64,000 nt of DNA, from NCBI RefSeq assembly GCF_009914755.1, contig NC_060929.1; one strand, written 5' to 3'. The position numbers and the translations under genes are program-made. The stretch comes from the human T2T-CHM13v2.0 reference genome, Homo sapiens. The notes beneath the pieces were generated by a model. The model made no database searches and was not told the origin of the DNA. It worked only from the letters and a program-made list of their open reading frames with translations. Positions 13,220-25,140 of the stretch are shown one piece after another (the stretch's first letter is position 1; each line of letters begins with the position of its first letter).

Positions 13220-14316
13220 TAATTATTACTATTTTCCTGCCCTGAGGTGTTTTGAGTATTTTCTTGTTTTCTTATTATATGTAGACACATATCATATATC
13301 AGTAACTTCTTCTAGCTGGGCTTCTAGGTGATATTCATTTTTTTCCTCTTAGAGAATAGGGGATGTAAAGACCATATCAGAACCTCTGCAGGTGCACATA
13401 AATGTTTTTGTTCAAATAAATAAAGGTAATAATGGCAGATAAGAAATTCAAACATTTTGTTTTAAGCAAGATGGTATTATGGACAGTGGCATCATGTGAT
13501 TCCAATTTTTGACAACAGTGGTTGTACCATGCTCCCGATTCATGTCTATTTTATGTGAATTCAATTTTATGGGCTCTGTAAAAAATAAAAAGTGCTGGGG
13601 GTGGGGGGAGGTAGGGAGGAAAATCAGAATTCACACCTCGGGGTGGCTGTACCCATCATTTCATTTTGAGAGAATAAAGTCCGTGAGTGAGTGGGACACT
13701 GCAGATGTGAATGTGCTGTTTCTACCATGCTTCTCAGAGTGACAGCGTCTTGGCACAAGGGTAAGAGCTTATAAAGATCTTCATTTTCTGTACAACATAG
13801 CCTCCCTGTGAAAGCCACCCATTTCACCGGGTGCCTGGCCATAGTTAGATCCACAGAAGGACTGTTTGTGTTGAGCTTGCTGAGAAATGACATGGTGGCT
13901 TCTAAGGGATTTTGAGGAAGGCTTTATCCATCCCTGATTTTCACCTTATGCTAGAAGTTAAGGCTGCATATGATGAAGCATATATTTAAGTTGTCACTGC
14001 ACTGGCTCAGCTTATCCAGGAAAGGCTTATCCTAGCCTCAGAGGCCTTGCCTCCTTTTATCTGGATATTTTATGACTTTCCAGGAACAATGTCTAGTAGT
14101 ATTAAAAACTGTGGTGTCTTGGTGGCTTAACAGTGGAGTAGAGAAGCAAAGCAAATCTTCCTCTTTGAGCTCCTTCCCTTCTTCTTCCTCCTTCTTCTCC
14201 TCCTCCTGCTGTTTCTGTCTTGGTATAGTTTCCTTGGAACTTCCTTGCACATTGCCATGTCTCAGTTTTAAAAATCAAATGATTACTCCTCAGGGTCAAA
14301 GTGAGACTATTTCAGT

Positions 14317-14574
14317 GGCTGGGAACCATGGCTTATGCCTGTAATCCCAGCACTTTGGTGGGCCGTGGCAGGCAGATCACTTGAGGTCATGAATTCAAGA
14401 CCAGCCTGGCCATGGTGCATGTTTTGTAATCCCAGCTACTTGGGAAGCTGAGGAGACAGGAGAATCACTGGAGCCTGGATGGCGGAAGTAGTAGTGAGCC
14501 AAGATCATGTGACTGCACTCCAGCCTGGGTGATAGAGCAAGACTCTGTCTCAAAAAAAAAACAAAACACAAAAA
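14317..14574 (+). mobile_element. Alu lacking its central A-rich linker region
   Basis: ccagcctggccatggtgcatg joins the left arm directly to the right arm; TSD act(a/g)tttcagtg. Confidence 0.9.
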
Positions 14575-14659
14575 ACTGTTTCAGTGTCTATAACAGAAGA
14601 ATAATATATGAAAGGGAAATTTTATTTACATTCAACATTTAAAGCTTGTTGAAAATTTA

Positions 14660-14840
14660 CTTCTGTTAAGTTCTTCACTGTTATAATCTCACTGGATCCT
14701 CACAATAACCCTTTAAAGTATAGATATGATTCCATTCGCTATGAGACAACTAAGGCTCAGAAAATGGGAATGACTTGGTTAGGGCCACTAACTGACAGAG
14801 CCATTATTTGAACCCGGATATCTGTGTCTCCCAAACCCAT
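14660..14840 (-). mobile_element. MIR fragment
   Basis: atcctcacaataaccct...actaaggctcagaaaatgggaatgacttgg matches the MIR core. Confidence 0.7.
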
Positions 14841-15964
14841 GATTTTTCTTTTTAGCTTGTGGTGCACTAAAAATGTAAGACACAGTTCTTGCCCACAAAA
14901 AATTTTGGGTCCCCCTGGAGGATGAGAAAACTGTGCAAATACTGTAATTCAGATCAAAATGTAAATACTTCTTTGAGATTTACAAGGTTGAAAGGCAGGT
15001 TAATGTCTAAATGAAGATCAAGGAAAGTTTCCTTTCTGTGTGGGTCTTTTAGAAAGCTGAAACTTCAAGGCAGCAGTATCTTCTCTGAATAATTATAACC
15101 TCATGGAAGTTCTTTTCTAGGTGAAGAATTTTGTAATTAAAGGAGGCACATTCAGGCGAATGTATCTTCCATGAAAGCATTCATACTCTTACATGGTAAT
15201 GGTTGTATGATATATGGTGAAAGGGTGGCCTGGGGGATATATCATTGAATTCTGCTGTCTGCAATTACAATCAGCCAGTAACAGTCACCTGTTGAATATG
15301 AATGAGATGTAAATAGCATCTTGAATTAATTTAAATGCAATTATATTGATAAACTACAGAAAAAAAACCCACTTCAATTACTATAGAAAACAAGGAGGAT
15401 AAATGATCCACATTCAGAAGAAACGTGTTGGTGAGCAAGGAGGTAAGCTGGCCTAAAAATAAAAAGGGCTGTGCAAACACTATTTTTGACTTCACTTTCT
15501 AGTTGTATGTTAACTGTTCATGGCTAGTCAGTAGAAATCATTTTATTCTTTAGAAAACACTGATAAATGGTAAAGCAAATGAGTACATTGGAAAGTCTCT
15601 TCTTTTGATATCTGAGTTATTTTCACATATGTCAGTTGGGTGTCTCACATGTATTGGTTAGGTCGTTCAATACTGTTTCAGAATAATTTTGACATCAAGA
15701 ATCACTTGATATGTAACTGGTCAACAAGGACTGCATTTGGAAGAATAAGATTAGGATGAATCTGTCTGGAATCTCAGCTAATAGAAATACTTTTTATGCA
15801 GTTTTTTTCATCTCTCTCTTTGTCTATATTGCCCTGAAGTTCTTCTGACCTGTCACTGGTAGTCACGGGAGGAACAGCCTATTCCAGTAACTTGCTGATG
15901 TGGGGTTTATCTACCTCCTAGTTGAGTGACTCTAAAACTTCAATAGGCATGAGAATTGCTTGGC

Positions 15965-16100
15965 ATAGGGGTGGTGCTTGTTGTAAATTATTGCAGATTC
16001 CTGGGCCACCCTCAGAGAGATTGATTCAACACATCTGGGATGGGAATCTCATAATCTGCATTTAAAATGAACAGTTTTCCCTCAGGCCCCTTCCTCCATT
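15965..16100. mobile_element. MER5A-like DNA transposon fragment
   Basis: tgcagattcctgggccaccctcagagagattgattca...tctgggatgggaatc...aatctgcattt. Confidence 0.65.
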
Positions 16101-17049
16101 CTGATGCCTCTGAGAAATTCTGCCCCCGATTCTGCTTTCTCTACATTTGTAGTCTTCTGAACGCTTTGTCACATTTCTGACCAACTTAATAAAACAAGTT
16201 AGGGAGCCCCTATAGATTGTATTACTTTTGTTCTGTTTGTAATTTAATAAGAAACATGTCTTTCTCTTTCCCATAGCATCAGTCAACTGTAAGAAGTATA
16301 GTATTCCTATACCTTTAGTTAAGGGGATGGTATAGTAGAGGTTTAGCATGTGTAGCAAGGAGCTACAAAACCCACTCCTACCAATTCAGGATGAGGACTT
16401 TAGTATTTCTAACCGCCTTGGAAATTTTGCATTTCAAAGGATTCTTTAATGGTAGCAAGTAGAGCTGAAGAAAAATAACAGTATCTCCTGATCCAACACT
16501 ATTTTGGTTTGGTGATTGTCCACACTAGTGAAGGTCCCCTTTCCTTGGTCTACAGACAACTTAGAAGCAGCCAAAAGGCCATAGACCTATGCACACTCCC
16601 ATCATTGTCTGCAGCCTCAGAACAATGGGTTTTCTCTACCCAGAAGTACTGTCCTTTTTACAACTGTTGTGCTAAATAAAATACAAATATATATTTTAAA
16701 CACTTTATAATAGTTCTTGTAGATGTTTTTGTCAAAATATGTGTTTTTAATCAGTTGTCATGTAAAGGTTCTTCATCCACAGGGTAAAGGTCATTGACAT
16801 GGCAGACCGACTATTGTAAATCATTCATTCTTTCAGCAATTGCCTACAGCGTCCTAGGCACCATTCTGTGCTCTAAAATCAAGAGTGAATGTAAATGCTC
16901 TTCCACAAGATTTGGTATATTTTCTAATTAAAGATCCATATGGACTAAAACTCTTTTACTGGATATAAGGGCTGAAAGTTACATATCCTTATAATTATAC
17001 CCAGCTGGTTGAGAATAATACGTACTTATTCACCTAATTAAAAGCCACA

Positions 17050-17344
<295 letters not shown>

Positions 17345-18649
17345 GCCACAAAATAGAAAATGTATCAGTATTTCTTTCCACTTAGTTGCAATGTTTGTAA
17401 CTATACTCTAGTTGTATTTTGTTTTAGTTGTATGTTTATGTGACAAACTATATAAAAACACAGTAGTGATTTATGTAATTCTGATTTTGATTTAAATTTG
17501 AAATTAAGTGGTCTCTCCCCTTTCTCCTCTTCTCCCTGTATGCCTCACTCAACCCCTACCCAATCAGACAGGATTAGCTTCCATGGAGCAGGCTATGCAG
17601 CTATTTTCTTACACAGCGTGGCACAGTAGTACCGACAATTTAGGAAATAACTGAAGCAAAGAAATGAATGTTAATTAAGACACATACTGTCACCTTCTAA
17701 GTCTGCAGACTTAATGGATCCTCATATTGTATGTTTCCAATGTCGTTTAGTTTATTTGGACATCAGGTGACCTCACAAAACAAAACAAACATTTCTTGCT
17801 ATTGTTTCTACTAAAAGAAATGCTTAAAAGAGACTGCCTGATAACATTTGGGATATCCTTTTTTTCCACTGCAGATCTCGGCTGTTGTGCTTGAGCTTAT
17901 TTGGGGCATGGATATCTATGTGCCTATAGGAAGCGGAGAAGTGAGCCTGAGCAGTGCCACGATTTATGGGGAGGCAGTAATGAGCTTCTCCTGAATGCTA
18001 ATTACTGGAGAATTGTTCAGGGAGACGGCAAGAACTGTTGGTTTGTGGTAAATTAGTCACCAGCTCTATTGAGATGGACTGAAAGTTTAGATCGGAGCTA
18101 TAAAGGCACCAAAATCCTGATGATTGACGGCCAGACTTGGTGACAGTACCAATATGGAAATACCCCAATTGTGCTAAACAGTGGTAGATAACTTTGTATA
18201 AATCTAATGAAATGAGTACAATCTATATAAAAGTTAAAACTTCCAACCACATTAGGATTAAAAGGGCGGTGAGACTGGTTTGTTAAATGAATTATGAGAG
18301 CTGTTTTGGTTCTTAGATCCGAAAAGCTGCCCAAGCTGCCAATGGTATGAAAGAATAGTCTGCTCTGGAAAGAGCTCTTCCTGGAGTCTGCTGGCCTTCA
18401 TTTGCCTGGGGATCAAGCTTTCTGGCTGTCCACACACATAAACCTCAACCTTTATCTAACACGGCACCGGGTAGCTCTTCTGAGAAGCAATATTCTCACT
18501 CCGAGCAAAACAAGCCTGCACTGGGAGGCTTTTCTTGAATCACAGGCAGCTCTCTTTCAATTCCCAGTTACCTTCCTCCTTCATTTCCATTTCCAGCAAC
18601 CAGAAGAGGGGAGTTAATGATTCATTTGCTCCCAATGACCTTTTGAATA

Positions 18650-18934
18650 AGTGGACTGCAGTGTTTCAGCCACTCTTAGCTCCCCCACTTCTCCCTCCTT
18701 TACTTCCCTAGTTTGGCTTTAATATTTACAGCCTCCTTGTCGGTCTACACGCCTGAATGCCCGAAGGAAGCAAAACATTTATTGCCTTTCCCTCCCTGGT
18801 GTGCAGGAGCTATTTCATCCAATCTCATTCCTTCCCTTTACATCACATGGGGAGGCTTGCCTCCTGGCTGGGGACGCCCCGAGTTCTTCCTGAGTCTCTA
18901 CTGTTTCATCTGTTGATTTCACCAAAACAAAAAG
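18650..18934 (+). promoter_or_regulatory. Putative internal promoter / 5' UTR region for the short isoform
   Basis: Repeat-free stretch with more CpGs than the surrounding intron (gtcggtctacacgcc, gcccgaagg, gggacgcccccgag), directly upstream of the ATG at 18935. Confidence 0.45.
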
Positions 18935-19019
18935 ATGGATTCTGACTCCGACTCACCTTTTAACTACTCGTGGCCTTCCTTTCCCAAAATGAAGATTCGA
19001 AGAAGGACGTCCAAACAAG
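18935..19019 (+). CDS. ARHGEF28: Probable alternative first coding exon of a short ARHGEF28 isoform: MDSDSDSPFNYSWPSFPKMKIRRRTSKQ + G
   Basis: Strong Kozak context (AAGatgG), 28 codons plus 1 nt, then donor CAAG|gtagat. Phase 1 fits the exon at 37678. Unique, locally CpG-enriched sequence. Confidence 0.75.
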
Positions 19020-19478
19020 GTAGATTGCAGTATCTTTTCTTTCCTTCACGGGCAAAACCAGACATCCTATTCTTTCTTTTCCGTGTTTCTTTGCCAGACT
19101 GTTTTTCCAATGTAGCGCGTGTTTATACGTGCCTTTATAAAACACTCACTGTACAGATACATATAGGTTTCTGAGGCAAACCTACTAATTCTTCTTATGT
19201 TCCTTTCACTTTGAATCTACCTACCTTGGTGTTATTATGTATGTGCAATTCTCTTTAAAAAAAAAAAAAAAAAGAAGGGAGTTTAGTATAAGGTAAATGT
19301 TTTGGATTCACTTCTTCAGAATTACCTTGGAGTTACCTTGGCAATAAACAGTCCTGTTGATTTAAACATGTTCAGTCTTAGTGGGATTTGCAGAGAATAC
19401 GCATGTGTTTCATACCCAGCTTCTGCATCTTTTGTTTTAGTTTTCAAGTGTATAGTAATTTAAAAAAATTTTTGTAAT

Positions 19479-20484
19479 TAAGAAAATTTTTCTATTTTAT
19501 ACTATTTTATTGATTTTATAGATGTTATAAGGAAAGGAGTTGAAAAAAATACTTTCAACACAAAAGCCTGTGTATCTTCAGAGAATACAGTCACATTGTA
19601 AATAGTTTACTAAAAATAATGATCAAGTAAGTAAAATCCTTTACTGCTGAAGGAAGAAGAGCCATTTATCTGAGCGTGATTGATAATGGAATGGGTTTAC
19701 ATTACTTATTCTCTCTTACTTGCAATCCATTCTTGTTGTAGTGTGGGCCATGGAAACAAGGAGCAAGCTGGTGTTAGGGTGTAGAGGAAGTGCCCTGAGA
19801 AGCTGTTATCCCATCCTCGGCTGGGCTTAGCTGGCAGTGATTGTTGCCTTCTGAGGTTTAAAAAAATAAGATAGTGTGTAATCCTTCCCCGTTCTTGTCT
19901 TGTGCAGGGACGTGTGTGCTTATGTTTTCAATTCAAGGAGAAAAGGAACATTTTCATAAGCTTACAAGCAGAAAAGGTGTTTCTAAGCGGCTTGCCTCTG
20001 CAGTGCTGTCCTTCGGGAGCATACCTGTTCTAGGGAGCAGGATGGCTTACCCTGTCACCCTGTGCTTCTCCCAGAGGAGGATGGACGCTAGCAGTTGTCA
20101 GCAAACCAGCTTAGCTTCAAGCATCTTCTTTCTTCCTTCTGAAATACAATAGAAGTGTTTATTTGGCTTGTTTGCTCTTTAGCTTAGATCAAGGCCAACC
20201 CCAGGAATAAGATGCATTTACCGTCTAGGGCTAGTAGAAAGACTCAGCCTGAACACATTTTTCATGTTGCTCAGCTGCCATCCTTTAAATTCTATCATTG
20301 AAGACTTTAATAGCTTATATTCAATATACAATTTTAAGACATTAAAATTAATGTTTTAAAGATTAATTTTACTTTTTATCTAAGAAAATTGATTTTTCTA
20401 TTTTATTGATTTTATAGATGTTATAAGGAACAGACTGAAAAAAATTTCAACACGAAAGCCTGTGTATCTTTGGTGGATACAGTC
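19479..20484 (+). repeat. Diverged direct repeat pair of about 105-115 bp (19479-19592 and 20381-20484)
   Basis: Both copies read ctattttattgattttatagatgttataaggaa...tgaaaaaaat...ttcaacac.aaagcctgtgtatctt...atacagtc. Confidence 0.9.
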
Positions 20485-22694
20485 GTATATTAAAAGGCCA
20501 TGATATATGTAACTTACTGTTAAATGATTCAGGGGGTATATATATATATATATATGAGCACAAGCATGCGCTTATAAAAACAAGCTCGTACACAAATAGA
20601 AAATGCAGTCAAATGTTAACAATATGTAAATCTGGGTAAATAGTATATATTGCTATTTTTTTGTGCTGCTGTTATTCTTTCAGCTTTTTAAAAAAAAATA
20701 GTGGATATCCTTGAGCTTTTCTGTAAGTTTGAAATTATTCCTGAATAGTAAATAAAAAACCATGTAAATTGTTTTTGAGGGAGGAGATACACAAAGTCAT
20801 TATTACTTTGGAGTGAATATTATCAGTTCTGGTATATTGAGAGCTTCTTGAGGATAGGTACCGTTCTGTAGAGTCTACCAAATCTCTGTGTCAATTCTAA
20901 CCCAGTTAAATTTGGGTTGTAATCTGCTTTATTTAGTTTTGTATTTATGTGGCCCAGTGTTGTTGGGGCCTGGGCAGCCCAACACTGGAGAGACATGGGA
21001 TTAATGATGAGGAGGCCAGTGGAGAACTTTGAGAATCCATTGGAGTTGTAGGGAATGCATTTATCATGCTCTCCTTTTAAATCCAAAGTTGAAGCATGGC
21101 CAGTACGAGCTGCAACAGAAAGTCATAGCATAGCTATGTATAAATTAAACATGACTCAAGTGAAAGCAGGTACCTGGGATATGGAGATGATTAACTATTT
21201 GCCACTGATAAAAGATGAGTGAAAATAAGGTTGGTAGCAGAGAGGTGGGGATTGTTAGACCATGTTTCACACTTGCGTTCTTTATTAAATCATGGTGATT
21301 TAGTTATGAAGAGCGGGTTTGGTCATGCTGTAACGCGAGCTGGACAGAGTCCCAGCATCACAGATCCTTAGAGCCTAAAGGGCCTTAGAGATGATCTGGT
21401 CCAATTCCCTCATTTGACAGATGAGGGGGTGTTATTCATATGTTCAACAAACATCTGGGGTGGGGGGTGCCGGGCACTGTTCTTGAGGGTATGGTGAAGT
21501 AATGACCCTCACAGATGCTGTCTCTGCTTACAGGGATCTTAACATGGGGACCCATCTCCCAGGACCCAGACATGCCCCCTCCATATAGTGGGAGAAATAT
21601 AAGGGACTTGGTTTTTTATCCTGATGGCCAGTTTGTGAACTGTAGTCTCTTGTCGCTTACAGGATATCATAAGTATTTTTGTCAGTCTTTAAAACTGAGG
21701 TGGCTTGAATTTCTTAATCATTCTTCCCTTCCTTCTAATCACCACCAACATCATTCTCATATGTAGGTTCAAGTCACCTGAGAAATCATGAAAGTGGCTT
21801 TGAGAGCTTGGAATTACTGGCTTGTTGGCAAACCTCTCTTGAGTTAGGTCAGAAATAATGTCTGATGTGCTCTCTTGCTCTTTCCTTGTCCTGAACACAT
21901 ATATATTACTGGCTTGTGGAGGGAGTGATGTGAAAATTTAGAGCAAGGATTTGGTAACAAGAGGAAAATAACATTAGCAGAAACTCGCTAATACCATATT
22001 TCAATTCAAAAGTATATCCAGTACTTTCTTATCCTTATGCCTTCAGCGGGAAGGTAAGAGGATGTGACTTAGAAGCAGTGCCTTTGGAAATGACCCATGT
22101 CCAGAGCGGAGCATGATGAAAGCAGTTAAAACCAGGCTGCCCAAGATGTACTCCTAGGGTCCGCAAAAGTTGGCTTGTTCCTTGCATAGGCAGCCCCAGG
22201 ACAGGCCATACTAGCGGCCCAGCAGTTAATGATTGGAGTGGGCCAGAATCCATTACTGTTCCACTTCAAGGGCTCCAGGAATGCCTGATTTTCTGTTTTT
22301 TTTGTTTTGTTTTGTTTTTGTTTTTTTTAAATAGGAGATTCAATCAAGAAATGTATTGCTTATTAATCAACGATTGAAAAATATAGGAATTGGGCTTTAC
22401 CCAAGGTTCTCATAATTGTCATTCAATCTTTAAAATGCATACTTTAGTATAAATCATTAGGCCCCAGGAAATGTTGAAATGTTTATTCCTTTATGCCTTT
22501 TATCCACTTGTGCAACTTCCCTCGTTCTCTCCTTCCCCAGCTCATATCATATGCTGCCTTTCCAGTGACACATAGTGTGAACATTTGTTTTCTTTTTGCT
22601 GGTGCAAAACCAGGCTACAATTGCCAAAGAAGGCAATGCATACCAGAAAGCTTGACAACCTTGGAGAGCTTAGATAGCACCATATTTTCTCTAA

Positions 22695-23140
22695 TCATAA
22701 TGAAAATAACTAATATTTATATGGTACCCTATTAATCATAACTACTCTTTACTAAGCTATAGTACATGCTTTACATCTATGATATCTGAGTCCCAAAATA
22801 ACTCTGCAGTACAGATATTGTCTCTGTTTTATAGGTGAAGAAACTGAGGCTGAGTTTTACAGTTATTCCCAAAGTCATACCAGGAAACACAGGGAACAGT
22901 AACCATGGTAGAATAAAGAAGGAGAAGGGATGAAAGAATGACATATGAATAATGTGGTTTTTGCACATGTTGTCTTGTAGAAGACCTGTATGTTAGATGT
23001 GATTGTCATCTTCATTTATTAGTTGGGGTCTCCAAGGCTCAGAGAGGAGAAATGAGTTGCCACAAATTAGAGCTAATAAATGGCAGAGCCAGGCCAAGAA
23101 CCAGGACACTCGAGAGTGTCCTTCCTGGTATGTTTCACCA
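22695..23140 (-). mobile_element. Two MIR fragments
   Basis: ttttataggtgaagaaactgaggctgag and ccaaggctcagagaggagaaatgagttgcc match MIR cores. Confidence 0.7.
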
Positions 23141-24619
23141 CCTCTTAGTAGCGGTAAGGGATGGTAAACTTCAATGGGTAGCTACCTTGGGTTCAAAAGG
23201 TGCCATTGTGCCTCCCCATCTTAGCTTCTCCCTCTCCTCTGTGTATCTTTACTAGGAGGAGAAGTGACAGGGAGAGACTCTGGAGGAGCAAGATGGTAGG
23301 GTTGTTTGTGCATCTTGATACCTTCCTCCTATACACAGATATAGTACTTAAACACATCATTGGATTGGGATTGGGAACAGATGCACAGACATCTGGAGCA
23401 CAGGGTGGTTGGCTTAGGAGAGGAAGACAGAGGATAAATTGGGAAAAGAGGGGGCTGGGAGTGCTTTCCACTGTGGCCTGGAAAGTTTACAGGTTTGTCC
23501 CGGACAAAAAGATACAGTTAGAGAGATTAGGCATGCGGGGAATGGAGACCTAAGACCCTGAGACCATTGTTTTGGACTATTTCATGAGCTCATTTAATGT
23601 TTACAGGGCAGGTACCTAATCTGAAAAAATAATCCTTGACACAGTAAGTAGGCAGAGGTATGATGGCATTTTAGAAATGTTAATGATTTTTAAAGGTGAG
23701 ATACTTTTATCTCATGGGCTTGTCTTTTTTTCTTTCCCTTCCTCCCTTTTGTCAAGTTTCATCAGATGTACACATGCATGTGGATATGCAAGTGAGTATT
23801 CAGTCTAAAAACTCCCCAAATGATAGCTGAATACCATAGGATGAGTAAGTCACTAGAGAAATCCTTATTAAGGAAGGGAAACATTTTTCTAAAGGTGACA
23901 TAACCTGCTAAGATTTCTTTGGCTCTCAATGAAGGGAGTGTTTAACCTCATACAGAGCAGTTTCAATTCCAGACTCTGCCTAGAGGCCTACTACCATTGT
24001 CAGCAGAGTAGAGGAGGCCCATTACAAACTCTTTGCCAAACAACATAGTTGCATACCCTCAAAGCTCCCTTTAGTTAAACAAATACTTTGCCAAATTTTT
24101 GAAAGTAAATTTTTCTTTATTTTTGGCTGCTCAAATTCTTGGACAAGGTATCATTCTCCATTAATCTCTGCAGGTGGAAGGGAGATAGTATTATAATTTA
24201 CTATATTCTTGTTCAGGGGACTCCTCTCCATCACTTCTAGTTTTAGGGAAGGACAAATGATTATTTATTCAGATACATTAATTACGTAAGGTAGAAAGTG
24301 ATTAAGTCCCATAGGAGAGATCAGGAAAAATTACTGTCAAAGTTCAAGGCAAAGAGGATAGTTCAAGTTGGGGGTATCATAAAAAGAATGTCATTTCAAT
24401 AGCCTGTAAGCCTGTGGTGAGCTTGATGGGGTTTTAATGGCAGGATGTTCCTTCTAAGCAAATGGACAGAGTCAGATATACAGAGAATGTATCAAAGTGA
24501 TAGAAAATAGCCTAGCTTTGTGGCCTGTTGATTCATGGCGATACAGAAATGCAGAGAGGTGCCAAATGTTGCGCTGGCCTGGATGGTTAGTTTTGCGTGC
24601 TTAGTACGTTTCTTCCCTT

Positions 24620-25140
24620 TGCTCTTTAGGAGGTGGTCCCTCCATTACTCTGGCCATAGGTCCAAATGACGCTGCCAACTTCTCACATAACTTTGCCTTG
24701 CTGAGTGCAGTGGGATGGGAACCCCACCCAGACTAGGCTGATCACAGCAATCCTCCTGCCTGGGTCACAATGATTGGCCTGGGTTGGGCACATGATTTAA
24801 GCATAGCCAATCGGAATCCTTCCTTGGGATTATTCAAACTGGAGGTTGGTGGGTGATGTCTTCTTTCTTGGATGGCAGTGTCTTCTTTCTTGGGTGGCAA
24901 TGCTGGATAGATTGGAGTGAAAACCGTTAGCTGGAAGAAACCAGCCTGTAGTAGGAGGAAATACTGCAAACATGTAAAGAGAAGTAGATGAGTGAGAGGG
25001 TCCTGCCTGTGTTCTGGGCCCTTGTTGTTGCCCAGGTTCCTGCCTCTCAAGGCTTGGATGCTTAATTCTTTTAGTTTTGTGAGCCACCCTCACATGCCTT
25101 CCATACATCTCCCTCCCTCCCTCTTTTATTTTTGTTTTAG
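24620..25140. mobile_element. Old MLT1-type (ERVL-MaLR) LTR fragment
   Basis: aatcctcctgcctgggtcacaatgattgg...atagccaatcggaatccttccttgggatt resembles MLT1J/K/L. Confidence 0.5.
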
